From: Polyangiaceae bacterium
Lineage (GTDB): Bacteria > Myxococcota_A > Polyangia > Polyangiales > Polyangiaceae
DNA: 64,000 bases
NCBI GenBank assembly: GCA_050287085.1
Contig: JBNKBE010000026.1
Coordinates: 1-64,000, forward strand
Reading direction: 5' to 3'
Position 1 is the first letter of the stretch; each line of letters begins with the position of its first letter. A program made the translations under genes and the position numbers. This document shows, piece by piece, positions 57,251 to 64,000 of this stretch. The notes under the pieces are model-generated. The model ran no database searches and had not been told where the DNA came from. It was given only the letters and a program-made list of their open reading frames with translations.

Positions 57251-57343
57251 AGGGTCTTCCGCGCCGACCTCGACACCTGCAGCTGCGGCGGTCCCATGCG
57301 CTGGCTCGAAGTTGCCAGCGAGCAGCACGCTATCGCGCGACTC
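57251..57343 (+). mobile_element. Remnant of an IS91-like (Y2) transposase C-terminus
   Basis: RVFRADLDTCSCGGPMRWLEVASEQHAIARL resembles the RVFxxD...CxxCGGxMR...AI tail of these transposases. Confidence 0.6.
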
Positions 57344-58919
57344 AGTCCGCCCGACCCGACAAGGTTGCATGGGCGTCGACGAATGTTTCCTCAACGGTTT
57401 CAACCTGGACCAAGTCGCCAGCGAATCGAAAGGTCATGGTACCAGCGTCGATACGGTCGATGGTATCAAACGCCACGCTGAACGTACCTTCGTCCACCCA
57501 GTGTCCCGATAGTGCAACGTTGACGTCGTGGTAGCGTTCCATCTCGGCCATCCGAACGCCATGCGTTACGCGAGGGACTCCGTCCAATCCCACCATGAGC
57601 TTTTGCGTCGATCCTGCCAGCGTCAGCGTCAAGGTTGCTTGGTCCATGCCGAACGCGATCGCAAGGCGCATCCAACCGAGGGTGTTGGTATCGATGGCGT
57701 AACTTCGACCGGAGACAAGACGGGCGGTATCTGGCATCGGTTCGGGAGCGCGGGGTGTTGGCGCCCGCTGCGCCGCGGCAATGGCTCGTTGCAGATGTGC
57801 GACCGCGGGCATGTTTTCCGGGAGTGCCTCCTCTGAGTGAATGGCCGGCAGCAACTGGTCGTGCAAGAGAGCCACGTACTCTGGGATTTGTCGTGGTCTC
57901 GCTCCGCCCAACGTGACGACAATCAAGTCTGCGGCGGGGTGCACGAACAAGAACTGCCCGCCGCGGCCGGAGGCGTAAAAAGCGCCGTCGTTGGTGGTCC
58001 ACCATTGGTAGCCATAGCCATCGCGGTCCGGTCCCTGCAAGCCGCTGTGATCTTCGAGCGCACTCTTCAGCCACGCTTCGTTCAGAATGCGAACCCCATC
58101 CCACTCGCCGTCGTGCAAGTACAAGAAGCCGATCCGCGCTAGGTCCTCGGCGTGCATGCGCAGGTCACCATAACCGATTGAGAGGCCTCGAGGGTCTTTG
58201 GGCCAAAGCACTTTGCCAATCCCGATCGGCTTGAACACGCTTTCGGTGAGTAGCGCTTCGGCGGTTGCGCCAGTCGAAGCGGTCACCACACCCGACAACA
58301 GGTGTGACACCGGGCTACAGTACTTCCATTCAGCGCCAGGTGAACCTTCCATGGGTAGGGCAAGTGTGAACACATTCCAGTTCTCCGAACGCTGCATCAG
58401 CAAGAGTGTTTGCTCCGTAGGGCTTGCCTCGCACGCGAGACCAGTCTTCATGGTCAGCGCGTGTTCTAAGGTCATTGCACGCTTTCTCGCGTCGGCGTCC
58501 TTCGGCGTCTCGCCGGGAAAGAACCCGAGCAGCGGGTCGGTCATGCTCGCGATTCGGTCCTCGCTGTAGGCTCGTCCTACCGCTGTGGAGACTATCGACT
58601 TGGTACACGAGGCAACGTCGTGAGGGGCGTTGCCGTCATGAGGAAAAAACGGCGTGTCGAGCACGACGTATCCGTGTCGCACCACGAAGAGGTGATGAAT
58701 GCCAATGTCACGCTCGCGCGCCGCGTCGACCAAGCGTGCCAGCTGCGCAGAGTCCATTCCCCGAAGCTCGGGTGTCGAGAGTGACCACTTCTGGGTGGGC
58801 CAAGGGGTATCCCGTGGCAACGAGGCTGGCTGGCACGCCACGTGGCAGCAGCACGCGACAAAGACCGCGTTCGAGGTCAGCCAGCTGAAAAGACTTCGCT
58901 CGGGGGCATGATTCCGCAT
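57342..58919 (-). CDS. Serine hydrolase, beta-lactamase class C / NylB-like
   Basis: SCTK (SxxK), LTMKTG, YCS, DLARIG, YGYQWW and GRGGQ. Confidence 0.9.
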   Translation of the reverse strand: MRNHAPERSLFSWLTSNAVFVACCCHVACQPASLPRDTPWPTQKWSLSTPELRGMDSAQLARLVDAARERDIGIHHLFVVRHGYVVLDTPFFPHDGNAPHDVASCTKSIVSTAVGRAYSEDRIASMTDPLLGFFPGETPKDADARKRAMTLEHALTMKTGLACEASPTEQTLLLMQRSENWNVFTLALPMEGSPGAEWKYCSPVSHLLSGVVTASTGATAEALLTESVFKPIGIGKVLWPKDPRGLSIGYGDLRMHAEDLARIGFLYLHDGEWDGVRILNEAWLKSALEDHSGLQGPDRDGYGYQWWTTNDGAFYASGRGGQFLFVHPAADLIVVTLGGARPRQIPEYVALLHDQLLPAIHSEEALPENMPAVAHLQRAIAAAQRAPTPRAPEPMPDTARLVSGRSYAIDTNTLGWMRLAIAFGMDQATLTLTLAGSTQKLMVGLDGVPRVTHGVRMAEMERYHDVNVALSGHWVDEGTFSVAFDTIDRIDAGTMTFRFAGDLVQVETVEETFVDAHATLSGRAD

Positions 58920-59055
58920 GCTTCGAGAATACGCAGCGACGTTGGGTTCGTCCTCGCGCTCCGCGCCGCTTCTCGTCCGTCTTGCGCCGCAGGTGTTGCG
59001 ACAGAGGCGGTCTTCTGAAACATTATCGGCTCGAGGAGCGGCTCACCTGTCCCTA

Positions 59056-60186
59056 ATGAGCGATATCCAGGCGAACGGAGCGACCGAGCGCGGTGCTAAC
59101 GCCTGGCGTTGGCCGCGCATTCGTTTGGCGACGGCGAGCATCTTCCTGTTGGTCTTCGGCGCCGTTGGGTTGGTGCAAGCCAGCGCCGTCCACGCGGCAC
59201 TGGCCGCCGAAGCCAGCGCCACGCCGTCATACGCGCCTTATGTTTGGCATCTCACCGGTGCCTTTGCCGCTTGGACTGCATTGCCGATAGTTCAGGGCGC
59301 CGTTCTCAACACCACCGCAGCCGGCCTGACATGGTCGCGTCGTTTTGCGTTGCACTCGTTCGGTTACTTGTCCTTCGTGACTGTCCACGTACTGGTCATG
59401 TTGGGACTGCGCTGGGGCGTGAGCTACGCGTGGAATATTTCCATTCCAGCACGTTCGTCGCTCGCGACGGTTCTCATCGAGGCGCAGAGTGATGTGCCCA
59501 TTTACGCCGGGCTTTCGGTATTGTGGACGCTCTTCGTCATTGCCGACAAACGTCGTCAAGTGCAAATACACGCCGCGTGGCTTGAAGCAAGGCTGGCGGA
59601 AGCGCGCCTGGAAGTCTTGTCTGGGCAGCTGAACCCTCATTTTCTCTTCAACGCCCTCAACACCGTCAGCGCGGTGATGTACGAAGACCAGCCGAAAGCT
59701 GACCGCCTCATCAGCGAACTCGCCGAGATGCTACGCGCCACGTTGGGAAGGGGCGGCGCGACGTGGCCACTGGCCGAAGAATGTAGCTATGCCCGACGCT
59801 ACGTTTCGCTTCTCGAGGCGCGCTTCGAGGATCGCCTCGAAGTGACGTGGGATGTCGCACCTGAAGCCGACACGGTTGACGTGCCCCGGTTTGCGATTCA
59901 ATGCCTGATCGAGAACGCTGCGAAGCACAATGCGGATCACCCCGCCCTCCTCGCCATTCACGTGCGCGTGAGCCTTGACCAACACGAATTGAGGATTGTC
60001 GTTGAAGACAGCGGCGTGGGGTTCGAGCCAGGCAAACAGACGTTGCCCCCCGGACACAGCCTTTCACGCCAAGAGGAGACGCTACGCATGTTGTACGGCG
60101 ACAAGGCCAGTCTTGGCCGCTTTCCATCGGCGCACGGAGGTGCGCGAGTGGAGCTTGCCATTCCAGCGCGAGCTGTGAATCCATGA
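59056..60186 (+). CDS. LytS/YehU family sensor histidine kinase
   Basis: TM segments, QLNPHFLFNALN, LIENAAKH and VEDSGVGF. Confidence 0.93.
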   Translation: MSDIQANGATERGANAWRWPRIRLATASIFLLVFGAVGLVQASAVHAALAAEASATPSYAPYVWHLTGAFAAWTALPIVQGAVLNTTAAGLTWSRRFALHSFGYLSFVTVHVLVMLGLRWGVSYAWNISIPARSSLATVLIEAQSDVPIYAGLSVLWTLFVIADKRRQVQIHAAWLEARLAEARLEVLSGQLNPHFLFNALNTVSAVMYEDQPKADRLISELAEMLRATLGRGGATWPLAEECSYARRYVSLLEARFEDRLEVTWDVAPEADTVDVPRFAIQCLIENAAKHNADHPALLAIHVRVSLDQHELRIVVEDSGVGFEPGKQTLPPGHSLSRQEETLRMLYGDKASLGRFPSAHGGARVELAIPARAVNP

Positions 60187-60956
60187 CCGGTCCGCGCTTA
60201 CGAGTTGTGGTGGTCGACGATGAACGGCCGGCTCGGGCCAAGATTTTGCGCCTGCTCGAAGGGGACGATCGGTTTGAAGTGGTGGGCGAGTCCGCGGATG
60301 GGCTTTCAGCATTGCAAACCATCGAGGCGTTTCGCCCTGATGTCGTCTTTCTCGACGTTCAGATGCCCGGTCTCAACGGTTTTCAAGTGTTGGATGCCCT
60401 TGCTGGGCATGGACGTTTCGCCGTCGTTTTTTCGACAGCGCACGACGAGCATGCGCTCCGTGCCTTTGATGTCCACGCCGTGGATTACTTGCTCAAACCG
60501 TACGACGCGCAGCGATTTGCTCATGCGCTTGACAAGGCCGTCGCACGTCTTTCCTTGCACGACAACCAAGGGCAGAGAGCCGTTGTCGACTTGCTGGGAA
60601 GCCAAATGGCAGCCACGCGCGAAAAACTCGTCGTGCGAAGCGCCTCGGGCTGGGTTGCGCTGAACTTCGAAGCGATACTTCGTGTCACGGCTGACAACAA
60701 ACACGTTTGGATTACTTGCGTGGGCGCTCGGCATCGCGTTCGCGCCAGACTCTCCGTCATCGAGGCCCGGCTCGACGCTGAGCGCTTCGTTCGTGTGCAT
60801 CGCAGCGAAATCGTCAATGTTGGAGCTGTCGTGCGGTTTGAATCGTGGGAACATGGTGATGGCATGTTGACCTTGGATGACGGATCGTGTGTCGTGCTGA
60901 CGCGCACGTTTCGTCAGGCCTTCGTCGAGCGCTACGGTCGCCCGCTGGGTGGTTGA
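60183..60956 (+). CDS. LytTR family response regulator
   Basis: VDDE, FLDVQMP, DYLLKP and FVRVHRSEIVN. Confidence 0.95.
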   Translation: MTGPRLRVVVVDDERPARAKILRLLEGDDRFEVVGESADGLSALQTIEAFRPDVVFLDVQMPGLNGFQVLDALAGHGRFAVVFSTAHDEHALRAFDVHAVDYLLKPYDAQRFAHALDKAVARLSLHDNQGQRAVVDLLGSQMAATREKLVVRSASGWVALNFEAILRVTADNKHVWITCVGARHRVRARLSVIEARLDAERFVRVHRSEIVNVGAVVRFESWEHGDGMLTLDDGSCVVLTRTFRQAFVERYGRPLGG

Positions 60957-61522
60957 ACGAAACTCGACCCAGTTCGATGGACACCCCACGCGGAGGTTGT
61001 CCTCGGAAGGCGTTCACGGAACGGCGGCACGCTGTGGACGCCGCCGGGCGAATAGGGCAACTGTGGACCGACGGACGCCGACGGTCACTCGTGCTCGGCA
61101 GACGTGCACCCGAGCCCAAACGACCTCCAATGCGGGGCGTCAGACGGCCACCCGAGCTCGCGAGCTCCCCTTGCCGGGCGCTCGAGCGTCCGCACCTTTC
61201 AGTCAAACGACACGGGTCCCGGGCTCGACCGGCGCTCACCCGGGCTCCAAGACGTGGGTGCCGGCGGGAAATCACATCGTTTGTGGCGCACCAGTATCGT
61301 TCGAGTCGTGCACCGATCGAGTTCGAGTAGCGCACCAGTATCGTTCGAGCCCGGGTTGTGACACTCCAGCGCGCTCGAGCTCTGAGACGATACGCTTTGG
61401 AGCGCTAAGGCCCGCACGCGCGGGCCAAGCCCCGGGCCCTGGACGCAGCTCTGCGCTCCGGGGCCGACAAGACACTGTGCTGGCAAACCCGCTGGTCTCA
61501 CGCGAGAGGCAGAGTCTCCCGC

Positions 61523-62221
61523 TTAGAACACTACGGTCGAACGTAGCATCAGCAGCCACGCCACGAGGTGAGAGTCGTCGAAGTTCGTCCCGTAGCGAAT
61601 CGCCGGCAAGCTCACCTCCAGTAGCAGATCACCGGTTCGATACGCGAAGCCGATCACATCCACGGATCCAAGAAACAGTGCGGGCTGTGGAGCATAGACG
61701 TGCTCGACGTTGAGCGCCGACACGCCTACGCCCAAACGCAACGGCCAGTACCAGTTGGCAGTCAGTGGTGCGTAGTACGCACCTGTGAATGATGCACTGA
61801 GCACCGGCTTGGTGCTGAAGTACCGGCTCGACTTGATGAGTGGCCTCCACGTGGCTGGAGCCAGCTCAGCCCCAAACTGAAACTGGTCCACCCGCACTCC
61901 TCCGTGGAGCGACAGCAGTGTCGACATCCCCGTCGCCGCCGCGTCCGCATCCACTATCCACCAGGCCGCCGGTCCCGCTCCGGTGCTTGCCCCGAAGAAA
62001 CCACCGACTCCGCTCAGCGTCGCGCCGCTCTGGATGCGGCCGCCATTTGCACCCGGCTCCGCCGCATCGGGTATTGGCTCCGCCGCGACCGCATTGACGA
62101 AGAGCACGGCGCTCACCAAGACCGCAGTTCCAATCCTCCAACGACCCACCCCCGTTGGGTTGGGCTCCGCGAACCATCGCGCCGCTGCCTCCTCACGTCG
62201 GGCGAAATCTCTGCAATTCAC
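61523..62221 (-). CDS. Hypothetical exported, probably outer-membrane beta-strand protein
   Basis: GTGA overlap with the upstream peptidase stop; signal-like segment, amphipathic strands and terminal Phe. Confidence 0.6.
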   Translation of the reverse strand: MNCRDFARREEAAARWFAEPNPTGVGRWRIGTAVLVSAVLFVNAVAAEPIPDAAEPGANGGRIQSGATLSGVGGFFGASTGAGPAAWWIVDADAAATGMSTLLSLHGGVRVDQFQFGAELAPATWRPLIKSSRYFSTKPVLSASFTGAYYAPLTANWYWPLRLGVGVSALNVEHVYAPQPALFLGSVDVIGFAYRTGDLLLEVSLPAIRYGTNFDDSHLVAWLLMLRSTVVF

Positions 62222-63576
62222 GGCTGCACCTCGTTCGTCAAAGCAGCTTCCAATGCTGGATCTCGGTCGGCGAAGAAGTCCGTAGACTTCAAGCCCACCC
62301 ATGCGTCGGGCTCGTGCCAAAGTCGGGTGTCGTTCGGTCCCGCCGTTTCCCAGAAGCGTGTTGCCACCTCGACCTCCACACATGACCGTGGCAACACGAC
62401 TACTTCCGCGTCACCGAAGGCATTGGGGCTACTACCAGTAGGTTCACCGACAAAGCGCGCGTGCGTTCGGTTTTCCAGCTCCGTGACGAAGTCGCCGGCG
62501 GCGGAGTAAGTAACCCGCCCCATCAGCACCCACAGCCGGCCAGGCTGATTGAAACGGCTGTGTTCCAACAGGCTCAGCAGATCACCGTATGTTTGGTTGT
62601 TTCCTCCGCCGTTGTGACGTAGGTCGACAATCAGCCGTTCCGCCGCGGACGCGTCCAGCGCGCGCCCGAGACGCTCGACAAACGCCCACATGGGCTCCCA
62701 CGGCTCATTGAGCTTCTGGACGCTGTTGTACTGAAAGTACATTGCCCGCCGGGATTCGAGCTCGGTGAACCAGAAGTGGTGTGAAAGATGCCGCTGCAGC
62801 GATAGCACCCGCCGCCGGACGGGAAGCTTCGCCGGTTTGGGAAAGAGGCGATGATACTCCGACACCGACAGCCCTTCCAGCTGATGTGTTGCAAGCGCGC
62901 CATCAGATCCCCGCGTGACCACGCGCACAGGCTCCCCCGCCTCGGCCACGCCCAACGCTGCAAGCACCTCAACCATCATGGCATAGAGCGGCATGTAGCG
63001 TTCTTGACCGTACTGATTGTCCTGTACGAACACCAGCGGCCGAACCAGCTCGAGCACCTTGTCAATACTCAGGCCCCCAATCTGCACTAGTTCGCGCCCC
63101 ACCAGCGTGGCCTCATCCGCATCCACGATGAACACCCCGTCATCGAAGAGGTACACGTGCAGCGGTAGCATGTGTACCTCCAACGCTGACTGAAAGGGCC
63201 ATAGCCCAGTGTGACCGTCACGGCCATCGCGACCGGGAAGGGAGGCCAAACGCATCAGCTCGACGAGTATCCCCTCCGTTCTCAGCTCGGGCAGGCGCGC
63301 CTGGAGTTTGTCGACCGCGCTAGCAAGCTCGGAACGTGTCACCGAATGATGAAGGTCTGGATGGACGCGCCGCATAGCCGCCAACATGTCGTCGATCTCC
63401 GCGCGCCATTGTTCCGCTGACAAGTCTTCTATCCGCTGCCCCGAGCAGACATCCTCCGAACAACCTAGGAGAAGCGAACCGACAATCGCCAACGCCCGGC
63501 TCCAACTACTCCCGAGTCGGGATAGTCGGACGCGCGAAGTCGGCGTTGTCGTGGGTCGCTCGAAGATGCTCGACAT
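62218..63576 (-). CDS. Peptidase S41-like lipoprotein
   Basis: Lipobox LLGC; DGHT, IVDLRHNGGG, TYSAA and VGEPTG. Confidence 0.85.
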   Translation of the reverse strand: MSSIFERPTTTPTSRVRLSRLGSSWSRALAIVGSLLLGCSEDVCSGQRIEDLSAEQWRAEIDDMLAAMRRVHPDLHHSVTRSELASAVDKLQARLPELRTEGILVELMRLASLPGRDGRDGHTGLWPFQSALEVHMLPLHVYLFDDGVFIVDADEATLVGRELVQIGGLSIDKVLELVRPLVFVQDNQYGQERYMPLYAMMVEVLAALGVAEAGEPVRVVTRGSDGALATHQLEGLSVSEYHRLFPKPAKLPVRRRVLSLQRHLSHHFWFTELESRRAMYFQYNSVQKLNEPWEPMWAFVERLGRALDASAAERLIVDLRHNGGGNNQTYGDLLSLLEHSRFNQPGRLWVLMGRVTYSAAGDFVTELENRTHARFVGEPTGSSPNAFGDAEVVVLPRSCVEVEVATRFWETAGPNDTRLWHEPDAWVGLKSTDFFADRDPALEAALTNEVQP

Positions 63577-63614
63577 AGAGGACGAGCATAGTGGTTGGCT
63601 CGACAGTCCGCGCA

Positions 63615-63810
63615 AGAAAACAAGCTGACCTGCGAGCGCTCGCCCAGCAGGACGGGGGGCTTCGCGGAGGTGGCTCCGGTAGAAACTCCGTGTTTGGTCA
63701 GGAGCTCGGCGATGTCTGGCGGGGCGCGGGCACGCTGGGCGCAGCCTTCGGCCCGCCACATTCTTGGCAAGTCTCCACCTCGGCACGGAAGGCATGGCGC
63801 CGGGTCATTG
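63615..63810 (-). mobile_element. Second degraded IS91-like transposase C-terminal remnant
   Basis: RHAFRAEVETCQECGGP, then in another frame DIAELLTKHG...QVSLF. Confidence 0.5.
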
Positions 63811-64000
63811 CGTCGAGGGCACCGGGGGCACCAGGGGTTCTGTAGAGCCAGTGACCCGAGGCTCGTCTTTGCCTGGCAGCGCCCCGCGCACCTTCTCCCA
63901 TAGCGCGTTGGGGGAGGCGGCGCTTTTAACTTCGTCGCCGAGTCGCGTCGTCGCGGTGATGAACCCGCGGACGGTTCGCACGAGTTCCGTTTCCTTGAGC

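Noticed and set aside
57342..58919. Bona fide beta-lactamase resistance gene
   Set aside because: YCS and ASG replace the class C YxN and KTG motifs, which fits an esterase/amidase-type serine hydrolase better.
61286..61349. 20-bp direct repeat gcgcaccagtatcgttcgag x2 with a 24-bp gap, as a mini-CRISPR
   Set aside because: Only two copies, too short, and no cas genes or leader.
60949..61713. 254-aa plus-strand ORF, and the many Arg/Pro-rich ORFs overlapping called genes
   Set aside because: Composition is typical of shadow ORFs in high-GC DNA, and they conflict with better-supported genes.

Overview
GC-rich bacterial DNA that looks like Myxococcota/Polyangiales. This is inferred from the many Cys-lipobox lipoproteins with G/A/D-rich linkers, delta-60 and FG-GAP proteins and an AgmX/TonB-C-like domain; no marker gene is present. 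No rRNA, tRNA or CRISPR array was seen. The first 25 kb hold mostly secreted or lipoprotein genes (FG-GAP, Kelch, CE1-like esterase, GH3, vWA, beta-helix), a DUF2079/methyltransferase pair and amtB. At 25.5-29.5 kb is an NAD salvage cassette (NAMPT, CinA-like/NadD-like fusion, Nudix) with two readable NrtR boxes and a divergent nrtR. It is followed by TetR-YciI and a deleted tag gene. The most interesting element is a tightly coupled 12-gene operon at about 34.3-48.1 kb. It encodes a flagellar-type MotA/MotB stator, a membrane-anchored protein whose cytoplasmic part resembles FliG middle and C-terminal domains, a TonB/AgmX-like protein, three probable outer-membrane beta-barrels and four lipoproteins, with no flagellar export or filament genes. 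This is a candidate non-flagellar, ion-driven trans-envelope machine. Downstream are a probable Fur-controlled operon (delta-60 lipoprotein, imelysin, HTTM/gamma-carboxylase-like protein, TonB-dependent receptor), ParE and IS91-like remnants, a serine hydrolase with LytS/LytTR, and an S41-like peptidase. All family calls come from visual motif recognition, not database searches.
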